A DNA stretch of 64,000 bases from Leptolyngbyaceae cyanobacterium (GCA_965263355.1 CBDHHL010000032.1:1344001-1408000), one strand, 5' to 3'; positions 31,756-43,819 are shown, numbered from the stretch's first letter. The notes: a model not told the origin generated them from the sequence alone. Numbers and translations: made by a program.

Positions 31756-34752
31756 ATGGCAAACAAACAGATATCGGTGGCGTTTCCCCATCGGGAAATA
31801 GCTGCTAAGGCTAAAACTGTTATTTTTGATTCACAGATTGAAGACCTAAACCTACTATTAGATGGTTTACATGGCAATGTTCAGGCCCATGTGCTTAACC
31901 AGGACCATGATGGTTTAGAGCAGATAACAACATTTCTGCAGCAAAATCCGAGCCAGGATTTAACCCTGATCGCCCACGGCTTCCCCGGTGGTATACGCCT
32001 TGGCTCTAGCCTATTAGACCGTAAGACCTTAGACCATTACGCCCAACAACTGCAGCAGTGGTTTGTGCCAAATGGCCAAGCTCAACTGACCCTGATGGCC
32101 TGTAATGTAGCTCAGGGCAGTGTCGGTCAAGCGTTTATCCAGCAGCTGGCTGATATCACCTCGGCTGAAATTATTGCGAGTTCTCAAATCCTGGGTAATG
32201 GTAACTGGCTACCCGCTGCTAACGCTCTATTTACAACAGAAACCCTAGATTGTTATCGTAGCACCCTAACCTGGACTGGGGTAGGCCCCACCCTTGGTCA
32301 AGATATTGCCAATGAATTTGACATTGAGGTGGACAGTCAAGGAACACCTTACATTATCTTCCAGGATGGCAGCAACGACTCAAAACTCACGGTTAAACGG
32401 TTTGATGGGACCAATTGGGTCGATGTCGGTACACCAGGATTTCCTGGCGGTGATACTAGCTTTGTAGGGTTAGAGTTTGACTCTAATGACACGCCCTATA
32501 TTGCCTTTAGAGATAGTGCAAACAAAAGTAGAGCTACCGTAATGCAGTTTAACGGTAGTGATTGGGTCTATGTTGGCGACCCTGGTAAGGCTTCTGTGGG
32601 TGGTTTGAAGGATATTAGCCTTACCTTTGATGGGGATACGCCCTATATTGCCTACACCGATAGAAGCCAGAATAGCGGAGCTACTGTGCGAACCTTTGAT
32701 GGCACAGCTTGGATAGATGTTGGCCAGCCTGGGTTTTCGAGTGGTGCAATTGAGGCAGCTGACTTGAATGTGGATGGCAATGGTATTCCCTACATTGCTT
32801 ATCTTTCGCTAAGTGGCCTCACAAATAAGGTCACTGTGCAACGGTTTGTTAATGGTCAATGGACTGTTGTTGGTACGGAGGCATTTTCTGCTGGAGCCGA
32901 GTCCTACGCACCCGACATCGAATTTGACAATAATAATGTGCCCTATATTGTTTATCGTGCACGGGGCAATGGTGAAGGTAATAAAGCAATTGTAGAAACA
33001 TTCAACGGCACGGACTGGGTCCGAGTTGGTAATTCTGGTGCTTCTATTGCAGGCGGATTTCATCCTGATCTGGAGTTTGATAATAATAATGTTTTACATG
33101 TTGCTATTGTCGATCAGGCTAAGAAAGATAAGGTTTCGGTCAGAGTATTAGAGGGGAATAATTGGGTCTATTTTGGGGATGATGGATTTTCCATTGGTCC
33201 GATGAACTTTCCTGACCTTGAGTTTGATGCTAACAATATTCCCTATGTCCTCTATCGAGAGACCTTTGATGATACAGGGGCCAGGATTGATAGCGCCGTT
33301 GTTAAACGTTTGGGAGATCCACCTGTCATTGTTGATGAGATTGCGCCTGTACTGGCAAGTATTCGTCGTAAAGACCCCATAGATGAAATTGTTGAGGGCG
33401 GTACATTAGTTTTTGAGGCGACGTTTAGTGAAGCGGTGGTTGATGTTGACCCAGAGGATTTTGTTATTAATGGTCTGCCAACAGCCACCATTGATACTGT
33501 TACGGCCATCGACAGCACCCGTTATGAAATTTCTGTCATAGTAGGTGCCAGCAACTCTCTTGACGGAGTTGTTGGGCTTGATTTAGCTGGGGGCTCAGAT
33601 ATTACTGACATCGCTGGCAATGGCTTAAAGTTAGTCGAACCTGCCATTGATGAGGTTTATAAGATTGTTCAGCCAGAAATCCCAGTACTTCCCCCTGAAC
33701 CAGAGGAGCCGCCAGTAACTGAACCAGAGAAGCCGCCAGTAACTGAACCAGAGAAGCCGCCAGTAACTGAACCAGAGAAGCCGCCAGTAACTGAACCAGA
33801 GAAGCCGCCAGTAACTGAACCAGAGAAGCCGCCAGTAACTGAACCAGAGACTGAAATACCTTCCGTAAAGGATGATGATGTGACTGGCCTACTTGATATA
33901 GTACCGGCTATCAATGGTGTGGAAGTCACAGAATTGGGTAGTGATAATACGATCCGGTTAACGTTCTTGCAAGGAACAGTTACTAATGTCACTGAGGTTC
34001 TGATTTTTAGTGAGGCCAGTTCTGTTAATGGGCAGAACGAGATTGTTGGTCAGTTCTCACTACTGAATTATGCAGAATTGTTGATGGACCCTGTGCCTCG
34101 TTTCACAGTCGATAGTAACGCTGTTGCCTCCGGCGATAAGTTCCGGTTTGCTATTCAGGATGATGGTGCGACTTTGTTTGCAACCCCGACAACGCTATCT
34201 GAGTCTGCAGCGCGGCTAAACTTTGGTAATGGTTTTAGTTTTAATGTGGAGTTGGCAACCGAAACTGACACTACGAATCTGTTGGTCAACGATGCTCAGT
34301 CGATTGATTTAACTGGACAAGCGTCCACGATTGCGATGGAATTCTCGGCACATCGTGAGGCGGCCATGGACAATACGGTTGATTTGTATGCAGTTGATTT
34401 TGCTAATGGCGGCATCATTGATGAGCTTACAGGACAAACGCTAATGCCTGGAGATCCGGGGTATAAGGAAGCTGCGATCGCAAACCGATTGAACCTTAAC
34501 CTATCAGGCACAAACGGTGACGAAAATACCGTTGTCGCCCCAGTTACTGGTGGCATGCATCTGGGGATCTTTGTCATAATCGATGGGGTAGATCCCACTA
34601 CTGACGAAGTCTTCTTCAGCTATACCGGTGCTAATACCACCAAGCATGATTACATCAAGCATCTTGGCGACAATGCCTTTGGCATCGAGGATCAGTATGA
34701 CCTTGGCGATCGAGACTTTGATGATTTGGTTATTCAATTCTCCGTTGTCTAG
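31756..34752 (+). CDS. Large extracellular protein: DUF4347, beta-propeller-like repeats, Ig-like domain, Pro-rich linker, DUF4114-like C-terminus
   Basis: LIAHGFPG..MACNVAQG (DUF4347); six repeats of (P/H)YI....V..F(D/N)GT.W..VG; FEATFSEAV; GIEDQYDLGDRDFDDLV. Confidence 0.8.
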   Translation: MANKQISVAFPHREIAAKAKTVIFDSQIEDLNLLLDGLHGNVQAHVLNQDHDGLEQITTFLQQNPSQDLTLIAHGFPGGIRLGSSLLDRKTLDHYAQQLQQWFVPNGQAQLTLMACNVAQGSVGQAFIQQLADITSAEIIASSQILGNGNWLPAANALFTTETLDCYRSTLTWTGVGPTLGQDIANEFDIEVDSQGTPYIIFQDGSNDSKLTVKRFDGTNWVDVGTPGFPGGDTSFVGLEFDSNDTPYIAFRDSANKSRATVMQFNGSDWVYVGDPGKASVGGLKDISLTFDGDTPYIAYTDRSQNSGATVRTFDGTAWIDVGQPGFSSGAIEAADLNVDGNGIPYIAYLSLSGLTNKVTVQRFVNGQWTVVGTEAFSAGAESYAPDIEFDNNNVPYIVYRARGNGEGNKAIVETFNGTDWVRVGNSGASIAGGFHPDLEFDNNNVLHVAIVDQAKKDKVSVRVLEGNNWVYFGDDGFSIGPMNFPDLEFDANNIPYVLYRETFDDTGARIDSAVVKRLGDPPVIVDEIAPVLASIRRKDPIDEIVEGGTLVFEATFSEAVVDVDPEDFVINGLPTATIDTVTAIDSTRYEISVIVGASNSLDGVVGLDLAGGSDITDIAGNGLKLVEPAIDEVYKIVQPEIPVLPPEPEEPPVTEPEKPPVTEPEKPPVTEPEKPPVTEPEKPPVTEPEKPPVTEPETEIPSVKDDDVTGLLDIVPAINGVEVTELGSDNTIRLTFLQGTVTNVTEVLIFSEASSVNGQNEIVGQFSLLNYAELLMDPVPRFTVDSNAVASGDKFRFAIQDDGATLFATPTTLSESAARLNFGNGFSFNVELATETDTTNLLVNDAQSIDLTGQASTIAMEFSAHREAAMDNTVDLYAVDFANGGIIDELTGQTLMPGDPGYKEAAIANRLNLNLSGTNGDENTVVAPVTGGMHLGIFVIIDGVDPTTDEVFFSYTGANTTKHDYIKHLGDNAFGIEDQYDLGDRDFDDLVIQFSVV
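33695..33850 (+). repeat. In-frame 24-bp tandem repeat, ~6.5 copies (EPEKPPVT)
   Basis: Unit CTGAACCAGAGAAGCCGCCAGTAA. Confidence 0.95.
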
Positions 34753-34816
34753 TTTGATTTCCTAGGGTACCGCTCTCTATAGGCTGCTTATCCCATAGAG
34801 CAAAAATAGTACCCCT

Positions 34817-34847
34817 ACGCCTGGCTGGATATCCAGCCAGGCGTTTT
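34817..34847 (+). terminator. Probable rho-independent terminator
   Basis: ACGCCTGGCTGGAT|ATCCAGCCAGGCGT followed by a T run, 65 bp after the stop. Confidence 0.65.
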
Positions 34848-35475
34848 ATATGCAAAGTCGCCTAAAAAAGTTACGGGTTGACTCATCCCGTGCACTTACC
34901 TCCAACCCCTTATTTTCTGGGCAAAATCACCTACAGCTTCATCTTAAAAGGTTATCAGTATTCAAAGAAAACCTTGGTACACCTTTATACATGGAGAGCC
35001 AAACCCAAATGCTAGAAGGCTTTGGGGGTTTTTAAAAAACTTAGAAAAATATCCGGGTAAATCCGTAACTGTTCGAAGAGTAGAACGGATAGAATGCCTT
35101 GCTAGGGGCTATATCAAATCAAGTTTATCGTTCTTCTGTAGTCAGCATACCTGACTATGGTCAACTAATATCCAGGTTTTATAATCTCACAGCTTGACTA
35201 GCTTCCTCGCCCCAGGAAGCTAAGGGGCCATTGAGAAACACTGCCCGGCAGGATAGTGGTTTTTGCCTGGTATTCAACAAAAAACTCCTTAACTTTTGTT
35301 GATGCTGGCCCAGATATGGGAAAGCATTAGCTAGCGCTGCTTTATCAGCAATCAATCCGCGACTAATCCAGCAGTCTCAGATTGCAATGAGTTTAGTGCA
35401 TCTCTTAATTATATCATTAGCCTCTATGCGCTTTCTATTATCTGTCTTATCCCACATTCCCCTTAGCGAATTGTC

Positions 35476-35769
35476 ATGAAACAACAACGCTTTTGGCATA
35501 CCAAACGCCGTTGCCATATGTACCTGCCCGTTTCCAATTCTCCCGGCATGTTTATGTTCATGGGTAAACCGTGGAGTCCTAAGGCCTTACAAGCCCTAGG
35601 GTTTGTCCAAGAGCCCAACGAACAAAAAGTCGAACAGCCCAAACTTGTCTTTGGCGATCCCGAACGATTTCAGGGATCGTTCTGCAAGACTCAAGGCAAA
35701 GGATCCTCTCCATCTTGGGGAGCCATTGGTGGCTCTGGTGGCAAGGTAGGTCGAGCCCCTAAGAGTTAG
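35476..35769 (+). CDS. Hypothetical small protein
   Basis: 97-aa ORF followed by hairpin GTGCTCCCT..AGGGAGCAC (about 35794-35823); no recognisable family. Confidence 0.4.
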   Translation: MKQQRFWHTKRRCHMYLPVSNSPGMFMFMGKPWSPKALQALGFVQEPNEQKVEQPKLVFGDPERFQGSFCKTQGKGSSPSWGAIGGSGGKVGRAPKS

Positions 35770-36013
35770 CTTTGACTGCGCTCAGCTATAGGAGTGCTCC
35801 CTCTGACTGCACCCAGGGAGCACTTACGTTTATTACTTTCCCATTATCAGCCCTAGATGGATGATGGGACACCCTTAATATTTCGTTGAAAAATGCTATT
35901 TTTCAAAAGACTAAGGCATATTGCTTAAGGTTTATTTCAGATAGCTATTAGCGCTCAACCGTATGAGATCCTAGGGTACTCACGGATTCGTAGCATTTTA
36001 GACGCGCTTTTAG

Positions 36014-36988
<975 letters not shown>

Positions 36989-37092
36989 TTACTCATCTAT
37001 AAACAGATCCCAAAAAATCATCTTTCCTAGGGGCCTTTCCTGTACCATTGCCTGCGGGTTAACCCAACGCAGTTTCGGCACAGAATATCCCC

Positions 37093-37965
37093 ATGGCACA
37101 AGCAGACATCGGTATCATTGGCGGCAGCGGCCTTTATCAAATGGATGCCCTAACCGATATGGAAGAAGTAACCGTAGACACGCCCTTTGGTCAACCATCT
37201 GATGCCTTTATTTGCGGCCAGTTAAACGGTACACCGGTTGCCTTTTTGGCGCGCCACGGGCGTGGTCATCGGTTAATGCCAACGGAGCTTCCCTTTCGGG
37301 CAAATATCTATGCCATGAAAAGCCTCGGGGTGAAGTATTTAGTGTCGGCCTCGGCGGTGGGTTCCCTCAAAGAAGAGGTGAAACCGGTGGACATGGTAAT
37401 TCCGGACCAGTTTATTGACCGGACAAAAAATCGGGCAGCCACTTTTTTTGGGGATGGGATTGTTGCTCACATTGCGTTTGGTGATCCCGTTTGCAAAAAC
37501 CTGGCCACTATTTTGGGTGATGCTGTGGAAAGTCTAAATTTGGCTGGTGTGACGCTGCATCGGGGGGGGACCTATGTATGTATGGAGGGACCCGCCTTTT
37601 CCACTAAGGCAGAGTCTCATTTATATCGCAGCTGGGGGGCAACGGTGATTGGCATGACCAATCTGACCGAGGCAAAACTGGCACGTGAGGCGGAGATTGC
37701 CTACGCTACCTTAGCGATGGCAACTGACTATGACTGTTGGCATCCAGACCATGACAGCGTTACGGTGGACATGGTAATCGGTAATTTGCAGAAAAATGCT
37801 GTTAACGCCCAGCTAGTGATTCAGGATGTAGTACATCGACTAACGGAGAATCCACCGTCATCGGATGCCCACTCAGCCCTAAAGTATGCTGTCCTGACAC
37901 CATTGGATCGGGCTCCTATAGAGACAAAAAATAAACTAAAGCTTCTACTAGAGAAGTATATGTAA
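37093..37965 (+). CDS. mtnP: S-methyl-5'-thioadenosine phosphorylase
   Basis: [32 protein letters not shown]. Confidence 0.95.
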   Translation: MAQADIGIIGGSGLYQMDALTDMEEVTVDTPFGQPSDAFICGQLNGTPVAFLARHGRGHRLMPTELPFRANIYAMKSLGVKYLVSASAVGSLKEEVKPVDMVIPDQFIDRTKNRAATFFGDGIVAHIAFGDPVCKNLATILGDAVESLNLAGVTLHRGGTYVCMEGPAFSTKAESHLYRSWGATVIGMTNLTEAKLAREAEIAYATLAMATDYDCWHPDHDSVTVDMVIGNLQKNAVNAQLVIQDVVHRLTENPPSSDAHSALKYAVLTPLDRAPIETKNKLKLLLEKYM

Positions 37966-38253
37966 CGTTTAATAACCAATCGACAACGGCTGTAATCTAA
38001 ATGCATCAAGTATTTTTGATGCATAGTTTTGATCCCTGTGCCATATATCAAAGTCTAGACTCTGGCGATTTTTGTAGGTTTGTATAGTTTTAATAAAGCT
38101 ACGAAAACGTAGTTGAATTTTCGGACTCAATCTCGCTAAAAGTTACGGGTGCCTTCCTTTTGTTTAAGGGAGTGTTTTACTGTTTCGATCTGGGTTAAAG
38201 TTCATCTGCAAGGATACAGGGCTAATCTGTTGTGCGATCGCATATCTCAGTCA

Positions 38254-39330
38254 ATGGTAGATTCTTTAAACGTTTCCAATGCTGAAGATGAATCGCCATC
38301 GTTGGGTGTAGTATATTCTCCCGATGATGGTGGTACATTCAAAGTAGCTATCTCTAATCAGGATGCACGTGTTTCCCCATCTTTAAATGACATCCCAAAA
38401 GAGACTTTCGCGATTAAGTCTAATGATTATGAAATGCCCAGGCATTGGCTGCAACGGTCTACCTCGTTATCGTTAGGCTCACTGTTGCTAACGGCAAAGG
38501 TGACCGCTAAGACCCTGCAGGTGTCTGGAGCCACGGACTACAATTTTTTGGTGATGCTGCCTGAGCAGACCAATGTGGACCTGACTGATTTGGGCACAGG
38601 TGAAGTGTTGGTCACTGGCCCCCATGGGTATTGTCAGGCTGCCAGCTTTGTTGCCATGAGAGGACATACCATTTGTTATCGCATTAATGCCCCAGATAGA
38701 ATCTGGACCCAGGCTGATAATGGTATTTATCGAATTCATGTAGGGTGTGATGAAGTCGGTTCTCCTGGCATGATACAAGCTTTTCTAGTGGAGATTTCAG
38801 AGAATATCGGTGATTGTCTGATGCAAAACGGTTGTTTTGAGAGCGGTTTGACCCACTGGGTAACGTTTGCAGGGACTGAACAGGTTGTCGCAGAGGCATA
38901 CGTCGGCATGGCAGCCTTGGTACTGTCCACTATGGATAGTGGTACAAGTCAAACTGTGGGTGTCAAACCCGGCGCTATCTATCAGTTAACCGGCTATGGT
39001 CGATCCACTTGCCAGGACTACAGCTCCTTTGGGATGACATTTTTTGATGCCAAGGGTAGTTTGTTATTGCGGACGGATGTGGGGCCGATTTACGCGACGG
39101 GCTGGCAAGATTATTTTGTTGTTGCGATCGCACCCACCAACGCCGCCTATGTTCAAGTATGGACTTATCAAAATTCTGATCAAGGAACAACCCACATCGA
39201 TAGTCTATCGCTGCAACAAATCCACGCAGACAACCTACCTCCTGTACAGGTGAGTCGGTTCTCTTTGATCAATGCTCCTTTAGCAGCAACGGATACAACC
39301 TTTTTACCAGTGTTTAATGTTGAGTTTTGA
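38254..39330 (+). CDS. Hypothetical protein with C-terminal carbohydrate-binding-module-like jelly-roll domain
   Basis: MQNGCFESGLTHW...QTVGVKPGAIYQLTGY...APTNAAYVQV..IDSLSL. Start uncertain. Confidence 0.6.
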   Translation: MVDSLNVSNAEDESPSLGVVYSPDDGGTFKVAISNQDARVSPSLNDIPKETFAIKSNDYEMPRHWLQRSTSLSLGSLLLTAKVTAKTLQVSGATDYNFLVMLPEQTNVDLTDLGTGEVLVTGPHGYCQAASFVAMRGHTICYRINAPDRIWTQADNGIYRIHVGCDEVGSPGMIQAFLVEISENIGDCLMQNGCFESGLTHWVTFAGTEQVVAEAYVGMAALVLSTMDSGTSQTVGVKPGAIYQLTGYGRSTCQDYSSFGMTFFDAKGSLLLRTDVGPIYATGWQDYFVVAIAPTNAAYVQVWTYQNSDQGTTHIDSLSLQQIHADNLPPVQVSRFSLINAPLAATDTTFLPVFNVEF

Positions 39331-39497
39331 ATTTTTAGTTGAAACCATCACTCAAAACAAAGGCCCAAGGTCATGGGCTAACAACCGTTCCGGACATAGG
39401 CAAGGATAATTTACACCAGGACATCCCCCATGTAGTGCTGAAGGGTTACCAATGGTTCTAGAATGCCTAATGTATGGAGACCCTTCTGGAATACATT

Positions 39498-40076
39498 ATG
39501 ACCGGTGAACTTGGTTATTCTTTACCCCCAGCTGTCCGTCGGATTGCCAATAACTTTCGCCTGGTGGGTTGGGTTGGCTTTTGGGCTCAGATTATTTTTG
39601 GCGTGATCGCTGCTTTACTTTTTGTCGTCTCTTTACTCGGTTTACTAGCCGTTGAGCGTGAGGCAGGGACGAACCCTGTGTCTAGTGTCTCAGTATTTTT
39701 GACAATATTAGGGGTGGTTGGTGTATTCGTAGGCGCATTTTGGGCGTTTCAATATACCCGATTTGCTAGGAAGCTTAAATCCAGTAACCCTGATATCCGA
39801 CCAAAACCTAAAAATGCAGCCCAAATGGTGACCACGGGTTTGGGTATTAGCGTTTTAGGTATGTTTTTGGGGCTCCTAGGAGCAGGTTCATCGGTGGGCC
39901 GGTTATTTATTAAGGTAATTTCATTACCCCCGGCTGGCACTCTTGTGAGACCTGACCAGGCGATTGAACCCGTTGATGTTTTTTTGATCCAGTCAACTAT
40001 CATCACGCTTTTGTGCCACTACGTAGGGATTGTTGGCTCACTATGGTTATCCCGTACCATCAACAAACAATCGTAA
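39498..40076 (+). CDS. DUF3611-family (Tic21/PIC1-like) membrane protein
   Basis: GWVGFWAQII; GMFLGLLG; VDVFLIQ...HYVGIVGSLWL. Alternative start 39474. Confidence 0.8.
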   Translation: MTGELGYSLPPAVRRIANNFRLVGWVGFWAQIIFGVIAALLFVVSLLGLLAVEREAGTNPVSSVSVFLTILGVVGVFVGAFWAFQYTRFARKLKSSNPDIRPKPKNAAQMVTTGLGISVLGMFLGLLGAGSSVGRLFIKVISLPPAGTLVRPDQAIEPVDVFLIQSTIITLLCHYVGIVGSLWLSRTINKQS

Positions 40077-40197
40077 TTCCGGTTAGACGGTCTCAAACCA
40101 GCCAATGACGTAGCCAGTGTCACAGTTGGCACGTTCGGAGCACTGATTTAATACAGCTTGGCTAGAGTAAAGTTATAGCCTTGTTTCTGGGAGGTGC

Positions 40198-40362
40198 ATG
40201 ATGCAAAAAAACCTATGCGTATGCGGCAGTGCTGACAAGTCAGCCCGTATTTGGTTGCTGTATCTACAAGGACGACTTTCTCCAGTACAACTGTTGGCCC
40301 TATGTAAGCTTTCTTTAAAGGACAATGACATTAGTCATGGCCAGCAGTCGTCTGCTGCTTAG
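40198..40362 (+). CDS. Unannotated 54-aa small ORF
   Basis: GGGAGG RBS directly before ATGATG; MMQKNLCVCGSADKSARIWLLYLQGRLSPVQLLALCKLS... Confidence 0.4.
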   Translation: MMQKNLCVCGSADKSARIWLLYLQGRLSPVQLLALCKLSLKDNDISHGQQSSAA

Positions 40363-40445
40363 AACGGCGTCAAGCGTAGAATAGGGATTCGTCACCAGGC
40401 AGATCTAAAAGTAGCCTCTACGATTCCCTATTTTGACTACCCTCT

Positions 40446-41294
40446 ATGAAATCATTGGCAGATCGCATACCAGCACCAACGCTGGTGATTTTGGCTGGAA
40501 TGGCGGTGCAGCTAGGGGCTGCCCTGGCAAAGTCCGTATTTGAATTGGCTGGCCCCTTGGGCACCGTGTTTCTCCGCGTGGCTCTCTCGGCAGTTTTATT
40601 GTCTATGCTGTGGCGACCTGGTTGGCAGGGACCCCGTAGTCACTGGTTCCTGGTAATGGCCTATGGTGGCATATTAGCGTTGATGAATATGTCTTTTTAT
40701 TTGGCCATCGATCGTATTCCCCTGGGTATTGCGACGGCGATTGAGTTTACTGGTCCCCTAGGGCTAGCGGTGATCAAGTCGCGCCGTGGGTTAGATGTTG
40801 TATGGGTAACGTTGGCAGCTGCGGGGGTAATTTTGTTAGCTCCTTTGCAGGGAAGTGATTTGGACCCCATGGGGCTGGGGTTTGCTGGGCTAGCCGCCCT
40901 GGCCTGGGCCGGTTACATTTTGCTGGCGGCGGCGACGGGCAAGGTGGTGCCAGGGATTGAAGGCTTGGCTTGGGCGATGGTGTTTGGTACCTGTATTTTG
41001 CTGCCCATTGGTATTGGCGCTGCAGGAACAGCCCTACTGGATATTCGTTTGCTAGGGATGGCCGCGGCGGTGGCAACCCTCTCATCGGCTACCTATGCTT
41101 TGGAGCTAATTGCGTTGCGGCGGTTGCCAGTGAATGTGTTTGGCGTATTGCTTAGTGTGGAGCCGATGTTAGCTACTGCGTCTGGATTTTTGGTTTTGGG
41201 GGAAACATTAACGGTGCGATCGCTAGTCGCCATTGTCTTAATTTCCATTGCCGCCGCTGGTGCTGCCCGATATAGCGTGCCGATTGGCGAATAA
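40446..41294 (+). CDS. EamA/DMT transporter, RhtA-like
   Basis: VQLGAALAK; RIPLGIATAIEFTGPL; FGVLLSVEP. Confidence 0.88.
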   Translation: MKSLADRIPAPTLVILAGMAVQLGAALAKSVFELAGPLGTVFLRVALSAVLLSMLWRPGWQGPRSHWFLVMAYGGILALMNMSFYLAIDRIPLGIATAIEFTGPLGLAVIKSRRGLDVVWVTLAAAGVILLAPLQGSDLDPMGLGFAGLAALAWAGYILLAAATGKVVPGIEGLAWAMVFGTCILLPIGIGAAGTALLDIRLLGMAAAVATLSSATYALELIALRRLPVNVFGVLLSVEPMLATASGFLVLGETLTVRSLVAIVLISIAAAGAARYSVPIGE

Positions 41295-41404
41295 ATCAAT
41301 CAATAAAAAAGGTGGGCAATGCCCACCTGACGTTGAATCATCCTAGAAAAGTTGGCACTGCTCAACTCTGCAACCAAATATCAGCTATGGTTAAAGCGCC
41401 ATGT

Positions 41405-42571
41405 TCAAACGACTGCTTCATTCAGCAATTCAGTGATGGCACGATGCTCAATGGGGGGCTCAGCTAAGACTTCTTGGCGGGTATCGGTAATTAGCCAGTC
41501 TAACGCCGCCTCTTGCATATCAATGGATGCACCAGTCTTGTCTACGCAGTAACGACCAAATACTAGCTTATCAATTAGACGGACGCCGGGGCCGATGCGA
41601 GAGTATTCAAAGATTACGCTCTTGTCCACCAGGGCACCGCTACAGATGCAGCAGTTGGGGCCAATCATACTAGGACCAACGATGGTCGCTCCATCTTCGA
41701 TTTCCGCCATTCCACCAATGTAGACCGGACCTTCTATGTTGATCTTGTCCCAGTTGGCTTTAACGTTCAAACCAGTGAAAACACCGGGTCTCACTTCCTG
41801 ACCAGGAATACTAACGCCTTTGACTTGACCAGTGAGGACATCCTGGATTGCTTGCCAATAGTCGGGCACCTTACCAATGTCCACCCACTCAAAGTCCATG
41901 GTGATGCCATAGAACGCTTCGTTAGCAGCCACTAGCTTAGGGAAAAGGTCGCCACCGATATCAAACTCTTGACCGGAGGGGATGTACTTAAAGATGTCAG
42001 GTTCAAAAATATAGATACCTGTATTGATATCAGTACTAAGTGCTTCTTCTACCTTGGGTTTTTCTTGGAACGATTTGATCCGCCCTGTGTTGTCTGTAAC
42101 GACGACGCCGTAGCTGGGCACCTGCATCAGGGGAACTGACTTCATCACGATGGTTGCGATCGCACCCTTTTCTTTGTGCTGACGTACAGCCTCAGTCAAG
42201 TCAAGATCGATCAGGGCATCTCCGCAGAGCACCACAAAGGTATCGTCAAAAAAGGGTGAAAAGTCTTGAATTTTGCGCATACCACCAGCAGAACCCAGGG
42301 CATCCCCTACGAGTTCCCCATTGGTAATGCGGCCTTCAAACGAATAGGCTAGTTCAACACCAAAGCGTTGACCATCTCTAAAATAGCCTTCAATTTCATT
42401 AGCAAGGTGGCTGACATTTGCCACAACTTGAGTAAAGCCGTGATGTTTTAGTAGCTCTAGTAAGAACTCCATCACTGGCTTTTGCAGGATAGGAATCATC
42501 GGCTTTGGAATGGTGTACGTGATGGGACGTACACGAGTGCCTTTCCCCGCGGCCAAGATCATGGCTTTCAT
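41405..42571 (-). CDS. cugP: Cyanobacterial NDP-sugar pyrophosphorylase (CugP type)
   Basis: MKAMILAAGKGTRVRPITYTIPKPMIP; GSAGG; C-terminal hexapeptide repeats. Confidence 0.85.
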   Translation of the reverse strand: MKAMILAAGKGTRVRPITYTIPKPMIPILQKPVMEFLLELLKHHGFTQVVANVSHLANEIEGYFRDGQRFGVELAYSFEGRITNGELVGDALGSAGGMRKIQDFSPFFDDTFVVLCGDALIDLDLTEAVRQHKEKGAIATIVMKSVPLMQVPSYGVVVTDNTGRIKSFQEKPKVEEALSTDINTGIYIFEPDIFKYIPSGQEFDIGGDLFPKLVAANEAFYGITMDFEWVDIGKVPDYWQAIQDVLTGQVKGVSIPGQEVRPGVFTGLNVKANWDKINIEGPVYIGGMAEIEDGATIVGPSMIGPNCCICSGALVDKSVIFEYSRIGPGVRLIDKLVFGRYCVDKTGASIDMQEAALDWLITDTRQEVLAEPPIEHRAITELLNEAVV

Positions 42572-42964
42572 AAATGCTCTCTCTATTCCTTAATTAACAG
42601 CTAAGGGGTAAAAATAAACAGACGTTGCTGAACACTGACAGCAACGGCAACAAGCGCATAGCTCTAATTCATAAATTGACAGACACTATCGCAAGACAAA
42701 TGTTGGCATGACTCTAAATTTTGAATGCCGCCAAAATTTGCCATTGCCGATAAAAACTGGCATTTACCAGGAATAAAAAGCTCGGCAACGTCAAGATAGT
42801 AACAAGGGTGCTAATAGTATACCCATGCATATTGATGGACTTCATTCTTCCCTCATAGATGCCCGGACAAATATTGATTTTTGTATATACACGCCCAGAC
42901 ATGACACCAACTTAACGTCTTTCATTAAGAACAATTCCCTAATAGGCCGTGTAATTCTTTATCC

Positions 42965-43819
42965 TTAATCGGGAAGTACGTAAGCCGGAACCTCATCTAG
43001 GGTGGCTTCGTTTAACTGTCTGACTTTGAGGTCACGATAAAAGCGTTCCTGGGCAAGCTCTACTTTAGATTGAGACGATAAAAAGAGGAGTCCCCAAAAT
43101 ACGCCTACTTTTTCATGCCGATAATCTTCATCGGTTAATTCTTGAGTGATGGGCCCCCCCAAGACATCGGGACGGAAATGGGCCCAATGTTCTAACAGTC
43201 GCTCAAAATCCATCCATTCAATGGCACTTTCTAGCTCCTCCCAGTAACGATCTAGAAATGTAGAAAGGGCCTCGGCAATTTCCGATAAATTTTCCTGGTG
43301 GGCTAGCTGAGCAATGGTACTGATGGCTTTACGTTTGGAATGGGGTTTGGCCCCACGATGGCGATTACGCGGTGTAGGATTTGCCATGGCAACGGCCATC
43401 ATTTCTAGCTGAGTGATCAGTTCTTGGAGGGTGACATGGCGTTTTTCCGGCGGACTGGCCACCGCCCGTCGGTGAATATAGTGCTCTAGATTTTTAGGCA
43501 ACCGTTTGGCGTAACCCTGGGGTTCAAAGGATTCTTCCAGGTCTTCAAATTCCACCACTTCTTCTTCGACTTCAGCGCGGATCAGGGTATCGGCCTTAAG
43601 TAGCACTAGCATTGAGGCATAGAGAAAGGCTTGGCCCGATTCAGATAGGTTTTTTTCATAGGGAGAGCGACCGTTGGTGGCGATAGGCGCTTGCTCCTTT
43701 AGGCTTTTAAGAAACCGGTCAACCACATCAATGACATTGACATCCCACGGGTCGATTTCGCCCCGCTCTGAAAGATCAATGAGAAATGCGATCGCACGTT
43801 GCGCTAAGGAATTAGCCAT
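42965..43819 (-). CDS. scpA: Segregation/condensation protein A
   Basis: GEIDPWDVNVIDVVDRFL; LYASMLVLLKA; VGVFWGLLFL..Q.KVEL.Q. Confidence 0.9.
   Translation of the reverse strand: MANSLAQRAIAFLIDLSERGEIDPWDVNVIDVVDRFLKSLKEQAPIATNGRSPYEKNLSESGQAFLYASMLVLLKADTLIRAEVEEEVVEFEDLEESFEPQGYAKRLPKNLEHYIHRRAVASPPEKRHVTLQELITQLEMMAVAMANPTPRNRHRGAKPHSKRKAISTIAQLAHQENLSEIAEALSTFLDRYWEELESAIEWMDFERLLEHWAHFRPDVLGGPITQELTDEDYRHEKVGVFWGLLFLSSQSKVELAQERFYRDLKVRQLNEATLDEVPAYVLPD

Noticed and set aside
33695..33850. Regular repeats as a CRISPR array
   Set aside because: Head-to-tail 24-bp units with no spacers, in frame within a CDS; no cas genes.
42714..42902. 62-aa intergenic ORF upstream of cugP
   Set aside because: No RBS or recognisable motif; probably promoter region.
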